Assembly (NCBI GenBank): GCA_016181965.1
Contig: JACOYH010000003.1
Coordinates: 1,013-65,012, forward strand
Origin: Candidatus Nealsonbacteria bacterium
Lineage (GTDB): Bacteria; Patescibacteriota; Minisyncoccia; Minisyncoccales; MHMH01
Length of the DNA: 64,000 nucleotides
Reading direction: 5' to 3'
Part shown: in pieces, positions 48,710 to 56,954 of the stretch
Layout of the letters: every line of letters starts with the position of its first letter
Position numbering within the stretch: position 1 is the stretch's first letter
Notes under the pieces: model-generated
The model's database searches: none
What the model saw: the letters and a program-made list of their open reading frames with translations, nothing else
What the model was told of the DNA's origin: nothing
Made by a program: the position numbers and the translations under genes

Positions 48710-49867
48710 ATGGAAGAGGAACTTTGGCAGGATATCGCTAAGTGCTTGTCGCCCAAGGGCTATCTTTGGGCGGGCTATCCCAAATACCGCCGCCTTTTCG
48801 GCAGGGATTCTTTGATCGCCGCTTGGCAGTTACTGAAGACGCGCCCCGCCATCAGCCGCGTTACTTTGATGGCCTTGGCCAAATATCAGGGCTGGACCGT
48901 CGATCCGAAAAGGGAGGAAGAGCCGGGTAAAATTCTGCACGAACATTATGACGGCGGCCTTCTTCAGCAAATCCGCGATTTGAGTTGGAGTAGATTGCGC
49001 CAATACCTCACATGGGGCTTTCCCTATTACGGCAGTATAGACAGCACTGCTTGGTGGCTGATTTTATTGAGCAGATTTTTTCAAAGAACTGGCGATAGAA
49101 CATTTATTTGTTGGCTCTGGACAAATGTTTTTTCGGCCTTGCAATGGATAGAAAGATACGGCGACGTCGACGCCGACTGTTTTATAGAATACCGCAGAAA
49201 AAATCGCCATGCCCTGCTTCATCAGGGCTGGAAAGACGGTTTGCAAATGAGCATCAGCCAGCCGGTTGCCATGGTTGAGGTTCAGGGCTATTACTATCTG
49301 GCGTATCTCGAAATTGCCGCGCTGGCTGGCGAAGTGATGCAAGACCGGCACGCCAAAGCGTGGCTCGAAGAAAAAGCCGCTTCTCTCAAGGAAAAGTTCA
49401 ACGCGGCTTTCTGGGTAGAGGAGCGGGAATTTTTTGCTCTGGCTCTTGATGGTCAAAAGGAACAAGTGGCGACCATCACTTCAAATCCCGGGCACCTGCT
49501 TTTTACCGGCATTGTTGATTATGAGAAAGAAGTTAAAATAGTCAGGCGGCTCTTTGCGGACGATATGTGGACGCCTTACGGCATTCGCACGCATTCGGCA
49601 AGCGACCATTGCTTTGACGCCGCGAGCTATCATCAGGGTTCGATTTGGCCGCACGACAACTGGATAATATACGTCGGTCTCAAAGAGCGGGGCTATCATC
49701 AAGAAGCAGAGACGGTGAAGCAAGCCCTAATTCGCGCTTATAAAACACTCGGCTGTATGCCAGAGCTTTACGGGGTAGAGAACAACCGACTGTTTTATAT
49801 CAGTACTGCCTGTTGTCCGCAGGCCTGGGCAAGCGGCGCTTTACTCAATCTCCTGACCGAAAAATAA
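48710..49867 (+). CDS. Amylo-alpha-1,6-glucosidase / glycogen-debranching-enzyme-like (GDE_C) protein
   Basis: 385 aa with the (alpha/alpha)6-barrel pattern (GRDSLIAAWQ, YGSIDSTAWWL, HQGSIWPHDNW). Confidence 0.75.
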   Translation: MEEELWQDIAKCLSPKGYLWAGYPKYRRLFGRDSLIAAWQLLKTRPAISRVTLMALAKYQGWTVDPKREEEPGKILHEHYDGGLLQQIRDLSWSRLRQYLTWGFPYYGSIDSTAWWLILLSRFFQRTGDRTFICWLWTNVFSALQWIERYGDVDADCFIEYRRKNRHALLHQGWKDGLQMSISQPVAMVEVQGYYYLAYLEIAALAGEVMQDRHAKAWLEEKAASLKEKFNAAFWVEEREFFALALDGQKEQVATITSNPGHLLFTGIVDYEKEVKIVRRLFADDMWTPYGIRTHSASDHCFDAASYHQGSIWPHDNWIIYVGLKERGYHQEAETVKQALIRAYKTLGCMPELYGVENNRLFYISTACCPQAWASGALLNLLTEK

Positions 49868-49872
49868 GCAAT

Positions 49873-49893
49873 GTGCGACACCGAGTGTTGTAC
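49873..49893. repeat. REP-C copy 2 (inverted, one arm degenerate)
   Basis: GTGCGACAC-CGA-GTGTTGTAC. The two C-to-T changes keep G:U pairing. Confidence 0.7.
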
Positions 49894-49917
49894 AAAAGCT
49901 CCCTTCGGGGAGCTTTT
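49894..49917 (+). terminator. Rho-independent terminator
   Basis: AAAAGCTCCC-TTCG-GGGAGCTTTT. Confidence 0.75.
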
Positions 49918-49920
49918 AGT

Positions 49921-49950
49921 TTGACACTGTATTTTGGGAAAAGATATAAT
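49921..49950 (+). promoter_or_regulatory. Promoter of the ferredoxin/OFOR operon (TTGACA-18-TATAAT)
   Basis: TTGACA at 49921-49926 and TATAAT at 49945-49950. Confidence 0.5.
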
Positions 49951-49986
49951 GACAAAAGAGAACAGAATAATTTATATTTAAATTTT

Positions 49987-50229
49987 ATGCCAAAAGTTAA
50001 AGTAGTTTTTGATAGGACAAATTGCATCGGGGCGCAGTCGTGCTCGATTGTCTGCCCGAAATTTTGGAAAATAGCCGAGGACGGCAAGGCAGATTTACTT
50101 GGCTCTAAAGAAAATCCGCAAACCGGCAAATACGAGCTGGAAAAAGAAGTCAGTAATGAAGACGCAGTATGCTTGAGGGAATCGGCTGGCGCTTGTCCGG
50201 TGCGAGTCATCACTTTTAGCGAGGAATAA
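49987..50229 (+). CDS. Small ferredoxin (single-cluster type)
   Basis: 80 aa from the internal ATG, with C.G...C...CP and a distal CP motif (CIGAQSCSIVCP ... ACP). Confidence 0.75.
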   Translation: MPKVKVVFDRTNCIGAQSCSIVCPKFWKIAEDGKADLLGSKENPQTGKYELEKEVSNEDAVCLRESAGACPVRVITFSEE

Positions 50230-50237
50230 CTTATTTA

Positions 50238-51899
50238 ATGAAAGAGTTTTCTTTCTTAATGGGGGGCAAGGCAGGCGACGGAGTGAAGGTGGCGGGTGCC
50301 ATACTGGCTCACGTGCTCAATGAATTGGGCTACTGGATTTTTGTTTACGAGGATTATCCGTCGTTAATTACCGGCGGACATAATTTTTCCATCATCAGGG
50401 CCAGCTCAAAAAAAATTCTCTGCCATCGCGACAAGATTGATGTGGCGATTGCTTTGAGCAAAGACACGCCCGAGCATCATCCAAAACGCCTCAAAAAGGA
50501 AACAATCTGGATTTACGATGCTGATGTTCTTGAAAAAGAAAAAGGGCTGGGCATTGCCATGTCAAAAATAGTTAAAGAAAACGGCTTGCCTCAGATAGCG
50601 AGAAATGTTTTGTCGGTTGCGGCCCTAGCGGGCATTTGCGGCATGGATTTCGCGTTGATCGAAAAGGCCATCAAAGAAAATGTTCCTCAAAAAATCGAAG
50701 CTAATTTGAAGATTGCAAAAATTGGCCACGAGGCCGGGAAAAATTCGCCGTTGAAAATGAAGGTCAATAAATTAAAAGACAGCGCTAGGCCCTTGCTTTC
50801 GGGCAACGAAGCCATTTGTTTGGGAGCCGCGGCGGCCGGGTTGGATTTTTACATTGCCTATCCAATGACTCCTTCAACCGGCTTGCTGCATTTTTTTGCA
50901 GCCAAGGGGGGCGAGCTTGGGGTAACTGCCGTTCACCCGGAAAACGAAATCGGAGTCATTACCATGGCCGAAGGCGCGGCATTTGCCGGCAAAAGGACGA
51001 TGGTGGGTACGGCCGGCGGCGGTTTTGCCTTAATGGTTGAGGCCTTGAGTTTGGCGGGACAAGCGGAAATTCCTGTCGCCATTGTTGTGGGGCAAAGACC
51101 TGCCCCGGCCACAGGAGTGCCCACGTATACCGCCCAAGGCGATTTGCATTTTATTTTGGCCGCGGGCCACGGCGAGTTTCCCAAATTAGTAGTGGCGCCG
51201 GGCGACGCTGACGAGGCCTTCTATTTAACCGCCAAGGCCTTAAATTTAGCTTGGCAATATCAGATTCCTGCCATCATTTTGAGCGATAAACATTTAAGCG
51301 AGAGTATTTTTAACGCTTCATTTGATAAGGCAAAAATTAAAAAAGAAAAGCCCAAGCTCTGGACGGGAAAAGGGGACTATAAAAGATACTTGCAGACAGC
51401 CGACGGCATCTCGCCCTTGGCTTTCCCGGGCCAGAAAGGCGCCGTAGTTAAGGCGACTGGCTACGAGCACGACGAGTTCGGCCTGACTATAGAGCGAGAA
51501 GAGATGGTCGTAAGGGTAGTCGAAAAGCGCTTAAGAAAAAAAGAGGCCTTACGGAAAGAAATTCAAAAAATGGAGACATTCAAGATATACGGAAACAAAA
51601 AAAGCCAGACGCTCGTGGTTGTTTGGGGCTCAAACAAGGGCGCTGTTCTGGAAGCGGCCGATCGACTGGGTCTCAAGGTAATCCAGCCGCTGTTTTTGGA
51701 ACCATTTATCGATACTAAATTCAAACGAGAAGCGGCAAAAGCCAAAAAAATTATTGTCGTTGAGACAAATGCTACGGGCCAGTTAGCCGAATTATTGGCC
51801 AATCACGGCATCATTGCCAATAAAAAAATTCTTAAGTATGATGGACGTCCTTTTACGGTTGATGAACTGGAAGAAAAAATAAAGAAAATATTAAAATGA
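50238..51899 (+). CDS. 2-oxoacid:ferredoxin oxidoreductase, fused gamma-alpha subunit
   Basis: 553 aa. N-terminal gamma domain (GGKAGDGVK.AG), then the alpha domain (GNEAICLGAAAAG...YPMTPST). Confidence 0.85.
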   Translation: MKEFSFLMGGKAGDGVKVAGAILAHVLNELGYWIFVYEDYPSLITGGHNFSIIRASSKKILCHRDKIDVAIALSKDTPEHHPKRLKKETIWIYDADVLEKEKGLGIAMSKIVKENGLPQIARNVLSVAALAGICGMDFALIEKAIKENVPQKIEANLKIAKIGHEAGKNSPLKMKVNKLKDSARPLLSGNEAICLGAAAAGLDFYIAYPMTPSTGLLHFFAAKGGELGVTAVHPENEIGVITMAEGAAFAGKRTMVGTAGGGFALMVEALSLAGQAEIPVAIVVGQRPAPATGVPTYTAQGDLHFILAAGHGEFPKLVVAPGDADEAFYLTAKALNLAWQYQIPAIILSDKHLSESIFNASFDKAKIKKEKPKLWTGKGDYKRYLQTADGISPLAFPGQKGAVVKATGYEHDEFGLTIEREEMVVRVVEKRLRKKEALRKEIQKMETFKIYGNKKSQTLVVVWGSNKGAVLEAADRLGLKVIQPLFLEPFIDTKFKREAAKAKKIIVVETNATGQLAELLANHGIIANKKILKYDGRPFTVDELEEKIKKILK

Positions 51900-52657
51900 A
51901 GAATTTGAATACTTCAGCGGTTAATACTTGGTGTCCCGGCTGCGGCAATTTTGGCATAGAGGTGGGGTTGAAAGCGGTCTTATCAGAAATGGCAGAACAA
52001 GGCGAGTTAGATTTAGACAAGGTGGTTTTGGCAACCGGCATCGGATGCCATGGCAAAATTGCCGATTATGTCAATGTAAATAGTTTTTATTCTTTGCACG
52101 GCCGGGCAGTGCCGGCTGCCGTCGGCATAAAAATGGCCAACCCCGACCTTACGGTGATTGTTTGCGTGGGCGACGGCGATGTTTTGGGCGAGGGTTTGGA
52201 TCATTTAGTTTTTGCAGCTAAAAGAAATTCCAACATCAAGGTGCTTGTTCACGAAAACCGCATTTACGCTTTGACTACCGGCCAATATTCTCCAACTTCG
52301 CCCAAGGGTTTTCGGGGCCGCTCTACGCCAACGGGCAGTTTGGAACAGCCGCTCAATCCAATTGAATTGATGCTGGCCAGCGGCGCTTCTTTTGTGGCTA
52401 GAACATATTCGGGGCGGCTTGCTCATCAAAAGAAAATGATGCAAGAGGCCATTAAGCATAATGGTTTTGCATTTTTGGATATTTTGCAGCCCTGTTTCGT
52501 TTATTACAACACCTATCCTCTTTACAACCAAAATGTTTATGAGCTTGGACCCGAACACGATCCGGCTGATTCTCAACAGGCCTTAAAATTAGCTAAGGAG
52601 TGGAGCTATCAGGATTCGGGAAAAATACCGGTCGGCATCTTTTACCAAAAAAAATAA
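51896..52657 (+). CDS. 2-oxoacid:ferredoxin oxidoreductase, beta (TPP-binding) subunit
   Basis: 253 aa with WCPGCGNFG and GDGD. Has a 4-nt overlap with the alpha gene. Confidence 0.88.
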   Translation: MKNLNTSAVNTWCPGCGNFGIEVGLKAVLSEMAEQGELDLDKVVLATGIGCHGKIADYVNVNSFYSLHGRAVPAAVGIKMANPDLTVIVCVGDGDVLGEGLDHLVFAAKRNSNIKVLVHENRIYALTTGQYSPTSPKGFRGRSTPTGSLEQPLNPIELMLASGASFVARTYSGRLAHQKKMMQEAIKHNGFAFLDILQPCFVYYNTYPLYNQNVYELGPEHDPADSQQALKLAKEWSYQDSGKIPVGIFYQKK

Positions 52658-52672
52658 TTAATACGCACAAAT

Positions 52673-53050
52673 ATGGCAAAAATAATTATATTTATAATTA
52701 TCGGATTAGTTATCGCCGGAGCGGGATATTGGTATTACGGCCAGCCAGCGTCTCCAGAGCAGATTCCCTTGATACCGACGATAGAAACAAAAGAAGAAGC
52801 GCCCGCGAGTAGAATTATTTTAATAAAGAACTTTGCTTTTAATCCAGCCAAGATAACGATCAAAATGGGAACCGAGGTAGTGTGGCGCAATGAAGACAGT
52901 GTGCCACATACCGTAACCGCAGAAGGGATATTTGATTCCCGGATTTTGCAGAACGGAGAAAGTTTTGGCTATAAATTCGATTCCCCGGGAACATTTGATT
53001 ATATTTGCGCGATACACCCCAATATGAAGGCGCAGATAATAGTGGAATGA
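52673..53050 (+). CDS. Membrane-anchored cupredoxin (amicyanin/plastocyanin-like type-1 copper protein)
   Basis: 125 aa. N-terminal TM helix and copper ligands His (VPHTV) and C-x2-H-x2-M (CAIHPNM). Confidence 0.8.
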   Translation: MAKIIIFIIIGLVIAGAGYWYYGQPASPEQIPLIPTIETKEEAPASRIILIKNFAFNPAKITIKMGTEVVWRNEDSVPHTVTAEGIFDSRILQNGESFGYKFDSPGTFDYICAIHPNMKAQIIVE

Positions 53051-53090
53051 GTTATTGCCAAGGGATAGTTTCCTGCTATAATTGGGTTTG

Positions 53091-54242
53091 ATGTTTGAGG
53101 TTGTCAGAAAATATATTTTTATTTTTGCGGCGGCAGTTTTTCTGCTGTCGAATTTTAACTTTGTTTTGGCGCAAGAAAATGAGATAGAGCTGCATTTTTT
53201 TTATAGCGAAACCTGCCCGCATTGCATCGCCGAGCAATCGTTTTTAGATAAAATAGAGGCGCAATACCCTGACTTGCCGGTCAATCGCCATCCTGTAACC
53301 AGCTCGGAAACCCAAGAACTTTTACGAATAATGACGAAGCAATACGGAGTAGAACGCTATGTAGGGTTGGTGCCGCTGACTTTCATCGGAGAGGACTTTT
53401 TCTTGGGCTTTGACAACGAGAAAGGAGTTGGCAGGAAAATAGAAGCATCTCTGCAGAGGCAACTGGAAGGATTAATTGAGGAAAAATCTTCTCCGGAAAT
53501 TGTCCGTTTGCCCATTGTCGGCCAGCTGGATATGAACGAGTATTCGCTGCCTGTTTTAGCGGTTATTCTCGGCTTTTTAGACGGATTCAATGTTTGCTCC
53601 CTGGGCGCCTTGGTTTTAATTTTGGCTCTGGTTTTAACTTTTCGCTCGCGAAGAAAAATTATCACCCTCGGCGCGACTTTTATTTTTACAACCGCGTTGG
53701 TCTACGGGGCCTTAATTGGCTTTTGGTACAAACTTTTTTCTTATATGGCGCCATACCTGCGGATAATGGAAGTTGCCATAGGTATTATTGGAATTTTGGG
53801 CGGAATTTATTTCCTAAAGCAGTTTTTTAAGTTTTATAAACAAGGCCCAACCTGCGAAATCGATATTAAAAACGGATTGATTGCCAAGCTCTCAAATAAA
53901 CTGGACCATTCCCTCAAGCAAAAGAAAAATATCTTCGCCTTACTTGTGACTGTCCTCTTTTTTGCCGCGCTCATTACCATAGTGGAATTTCCATGTTCGG
54001 CGGCAGTGCCGGTGATGTTTGCCGGTATGATGGCCGAAGCGGGCATCTCTTCTCTATCGTATTTCTTTTATCTCGCGATCTATCTTTTATTCTATATGCT
54101 TGATGAAATAATCGTTTTCTTGATTGCTGTCTTCAATATGCGTCTTTGGATAACCAAGAATAAATATGTAGTTTGGGTAACTTTAGCGGAAGCAATTATC
54201 CTTTTCGCGTTTGGCTTTTATTATTTGGTTAGCGCTTTCTAA
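53091..54242 (+). CDS. Thioredoxin-like (CPHC) domain fused to a CcdA/DsbD-like membrane thiol-disulfide transporter domain
   Basis: N-terminal secreted domain with CPHC. The membrane domain has a conserved Cys in TM1 (GFNVCSLG) and in a later helix (EFPCSAAVP). The ATG at 53091 is 8 nt after TATAAT (53077-53082). Confidence 0.5.
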   Translation: MFEVVRKYIFIFAAAVFLLSNFNFVLAQENEIELHFFYSETCPHCIAEQSFLDKIEAQYPDLPVNRHPVTSSETQELLRIMTKQYGVERYVGLVPLTFIGEDFFLGFDNEKGVGRKIEASLQRQLEGLIEEKSSPEIVRLPIVGQLDMNEYSLPVLAVILGFLDGFNVCSLGALVLILALVLTFRSRRKIITLGATFIFTTALVYGALIGFWYKLFSYMAPYLRIMEVAIGIIGILGGIYFLKQFFKFYKQGPTCEIDIKNGLIAKLSNKLDHSLKQKKNIFALLVTVLFFAALITIVEFPCSAAVPVMFAGMMAEAGISSLSYFFYLAIYLLFYMLDEIIVFLIAVFNMRLWITKNKYVVWVTLAEAIILFAFGFYYLVSAF

Positions 54243-54273
54243 AGGTCGGGGAATAATTATTAAACATAAAAAC

Positions 54274-55035
54274 ATGACGGATTTAAAGGGTAAAGTTGTA
54301 ATGATCACCGGGTCGCGCAGGGGAATGGGCAAGGCGCATGCCTTGGCTTTCGCAAAGGCCGGAGCCAAGGTAGTAGTTTGCGATATTTCTCAAGAAGAGT
54401 GCGTGAAAGTTGTAAAAGAGGCAGAAAAGAACGGAGGCGAGGCAATTGCCTTAAAGTGCGATGTTACAAATAAGAAGGAAGTGGACAATGTGGTCAAAGC
54501 GGCAGTTAGCAAATGGGGTCGGCTGGATATTTTGGTCAACAACGCCGGCATCGCTCAATTTTTTCCGTTTCTGGAAATTACAGAAGAGGATTGGGACAGA
54601 ACGATCAATGTAAATTTAAAGGGCTACTATTTGTGCGCCCAGGCGGCAGCCAAACAAATGGCTAAGCAAAAATCCGGAGCGATCGTGAATGTTGCGTCCG
54701 TGGCCATGGGTCAGGTGGGAATCGGCTTCCCCAGCATTGCTCATTACTGCGCTTCCAAGGGTGGAATCGTGGCGATGACAGAGGCCCTGGCTATTGAGCT
54801 AGCGCCTTACAATATTAGAATAAACGCTATAGCGCCAGGCATGATAGAAACGCCGATGATAGATCCGGTTAAGCAGGACCCAAAAAATATGAAAGGTATT
54901 TTAGCGAGGGTACCCATGGGCAGAGTTGGTAAACCGGAGGAGGTTTCTAACTTGGTTTTATTTCTGGCCTCTGATGCCGCGTCTTATATGACCGGCTCCA
55001 CGGTGGTTATTGACGGCGGTTGGCTGGCTACTTAG
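54274..55035 (+). CDS. Short-chain dehydrogenase/reductase (FabG-like)
   Basis: TGSRRGMGKA (TGxxxGxG), NNAG and YCASK. The start at 54274 is preferred over the ORF-track 54211. Confidence 0.88.
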   Translation: MTDLKGKVVMITGSRRGMGKAHALAFAKAGAKVVVCDISQEECVKVVKEAEKNGGEAIALKCDVTNKKEVDNVVKAAVSKWGRLDILVNNAGIAQFFPFLEITEEDWDRTINVNLKGYYLCAQAAAKQMAKQKSGAIVNVASVAMGQVGIGFPSIAHYCASKGGIVAMTEALAIELAPYNIRINAIAPGMIETPMIDPVKQDPKNMKGILARVPMGRVGKPEEVSNLVLFLASDAASYMTGSTVVIDGGWLAT

Positions 55036-55131
55036 GCAGGCTCTTGACTGGATTTTTTGCTTAAATTAGCGTACAATAAGGTTGTGGAAAACTAAAGGTC
55101 GGTTTGCATCTCGTTAATTTCTATATTTACT

Positions 55132-55287
55132 ATGGAAGGATATTGCGTAAAATGTAAGGCCAAGAGAGAAATGTCTGACGCCAAAGAAGTAACAATGAAA
55201 GGTAAGGGAGGCGTGAAGAGAAAAGCCATGACTGGCAAGTGCCCCAAGTGCGGGACCAAGATGTTCCGAATAATGGGCAAGGCCTAA
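55132..55287 (+). CDS. Small zinc-ribbon protein (DUF5679-like), 51 aa
   Basis: MEGYCVKCKAKREMSDAKEVTMKGKGGVKRKAMTGKCPKCGTKMFRIMGKA. Two CxxC pairs, followed by a terminator. Absent from the ORF track, which instead shows an antisense ORF at 55092-55280. Confidence 0.65.
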   Translation: MEGYCVKCKAKREMSDAKEVTMKGKGGVKRKAMTGKCPKCGTKMFRIMGKA

Positions 55288-55329
55288 GAATCGAAAGATT
55301 TCCGGAAATCTTTAGGATCTCGGCAGAAG

Positions 55330-55350
55330 GCCGCCTCTCGGCGGCTTTTT
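55330..55350 (+). terminator. Rho-independent terminator
   Basis: GCCGCC-TCTC-GGCGGC followed by TTTTT. Confidence 0.75.
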
Positions 55351-55366
55351 GCTGAAGCCAGCTTGT

Positions 55367-55408
55367 TGAAGCCAGGCTCTAACCGAGTTCGGTTAGAGCC
55401 TGGCTTCA
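55367..55408. repeat. REP-B copy (20-nt arms)
   Basis: TGAAGCCAGGCTCTAACCGA-GT-TCGGTTAGAGCCTGGCTTCA. A partial extra arm, GCTGAAGCCAGC, lies just upstream. Confidence 0.9.
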
Positions 55409-55423
55409 TGTTAAACTTAAAAA

Positions 55424-56287
55424 ATGCGGAAGAATCATGTTTTTAATATTTTAGGTATTTTGGCTGGCTTAAATATCCTTGCCTGGATTGCGGTTTGGGA
55501 GTTGGGACAAGACGGATTAGAGGTAACTTTTTTTGATGTAGGGCAAGGAGACGCGGCGTTTATCGAGATGCCCGGAGGCCAGCAGATTTTAATTGACGGG
55601 GGACCGTCCTCCGTAATTCTGGAAAAACTCGGCAAAGAAATGCCTTTTTGGGATAGGACGATTGATTTAATAATTTTGACGCATCCAGAACACGACCACA
55701 TGGCGGGACTCCTTGAGGTTTTAAAAAGATACGAAGTCGAGAATATTTTATGGACCGGCGTTTTGCGCGATACGGCTGAATACGAAGAATGGATTAAACT
55801 GCTTCAAGAGGAAGGCGCCAAGATTTATATTGCCGAATCCGGCATGATGATTTCCGGAAGCCCGGCTTCCAGCGGGAAGCCGGGCTTCCTCGTCCTATAC
55901 CCGTTTGAAAGCTTAGAGAGCAAAGAAGTGAAAAATACCAATGCCACTTCCATAATTTTGCGTTTATCATACGGCGAAACCTCATTTTTATTCACCGGCG
56001 ACGCTCCAAAGTCAGTTGAAAGCCAGTTGCTTAGCTTAGCTAAGCAACTCACGAGGGCGGGGGTGCTGAAGGTGGGCCATCACGGCAGCAAAACATCTAC
56101 TTCTGCGGAATTTGTGGAAGCGGTCTCGCCGGATATTGCCGTGATTTCCGCGGGAAAAGATAATAAATACGGACATCCGCATCAGGAGGTTTTGGATAAT
56201 TTGTCGGGCGTTAAGGTTTTGCGGACCGATTTAGACGGCGATATCAAAATCGTCAGCAACGGCGCAGATTATATTGTCAAAAATTAA
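55424..56287 (+). CDS. ComEC/Rec2-related metallo-beta-lactamase domain protein (MBL domain only, N-terminal TM anchor)
   Basis: 287 aa with FFDVGQGDA, THPEHDHMAGL and KVGHHGSKTS. Confidence 0.8.
   Translation: MRKNHVFNILGILAGLNILAWIAVWELGQDGLEVTFFDVGQGDAAFIEMPGGQQILIDGGPSSVILEKLGKEMPFWDRTIDLIILTHPEHDHMAGLLEVLKRYEVENILWTGVLRDTAEYEEWIKLLQEEGAKIYIAESGMMISGSPASSGKPGFLVLYPFESLESKEVKNTNATSIILRLSYGETSFLFTGDAPKSVESQLLSLAKQLTRAGVLKVGHHGSKTSTSAEFVEAVSPDIAVISAGKDNKYGHPHQEVLDNLSGVKVLRTDLDGDIKIVSNGADYIVKN
56026..56048. repeat. REP-A copy 5 (loop TTA), inside the ComEC-like CDS
   Basis: GTTGCTTAGC-TTA-GCTAAGCAAC, translated in frame as (Q)LLSLAKQL. Confidence 0.9.
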
Positions 56288-56310
56288 CGAAAGTGATATA
56301 AGAGAAACAT

Positions 56311-56910
56311 ATGCAAAAACCCACAGACCCAAAAGAAGAGAAAACCTTATTGATAATCAAACCGGATGGCGTTAAGAGGGGATTGATTGGTGACATTGTC
56401 GGCCGGATAGAAAAAAGAGGACTGAAAATCATTGCTCTTGAAATGACGCAAGCCACTCGTGCGCAAGTGGACGACCACTATCCCAAAGATTCGGCCTGGA
56501 TAAAACGCCTTGGCGAAAAGTCATTAAAAACATACCAAGAGCACGGCATGAACGCAAAAGCTGAAATTGGCACTGACGACCCCGATGAAATCGGCAAGAT
56601 GGTCCGGAGCTGGCTTTTGGATTTTTTGACTTCAGGTCCCATAGTAAAAATAGTTATTAAAGGAATCAGAGCCGTGGATATGGTAAGAAAAATAGCCGGA
56701 CAGACAATGCCCACCTTAGCTGAAATGGGAACTATTCGCGGTGATTTCTCGGTTGATGACGCAGCTGCCGCCAACCGCGGCCAAAGAGCTGTGCATAATA
56801 TTGTTCACGCTTCCGAAACACCGGAGGAAGCGGTTCATGAAATTCAGTTTTGGTTTGCGCCGGAAGAAATTCACGATTACAAGCGCGCAGAGGAGGATAT
56901 TATGTTCTGA
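56311..56910 (+). CDS. ndk: Nucleoside diphosphate kinase (long form with an internal insertion)
   Basis: TLLIIKPDGV, NIVHASE (active-site His). 199 aa, compared with the usual ~140-150. Confidence 0.85.
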   Translation: MQKPTDPKEEKTLLIIKPDGVKRGLIGDIVGRIEKRGLKIIALEMTQATRAQVDDHYPKDSAWIKRLGEKSLKTYQEHGMNAKAEIGTDDPDEIGKMVRSWLLDFLTSGPIVKIVIKGIRAVDMVRKIAGQTMPTLAEMGTIRGDFSVDDAAAANRGQRAVHNIVHASETPEEAVHEIQFWFAPEEIHDYKRAEEDIMF

Positions 56911-56954
56911 AAGAATATAATATCGGCACTTTGAAAACAAAAGAGGAGGAAGCA

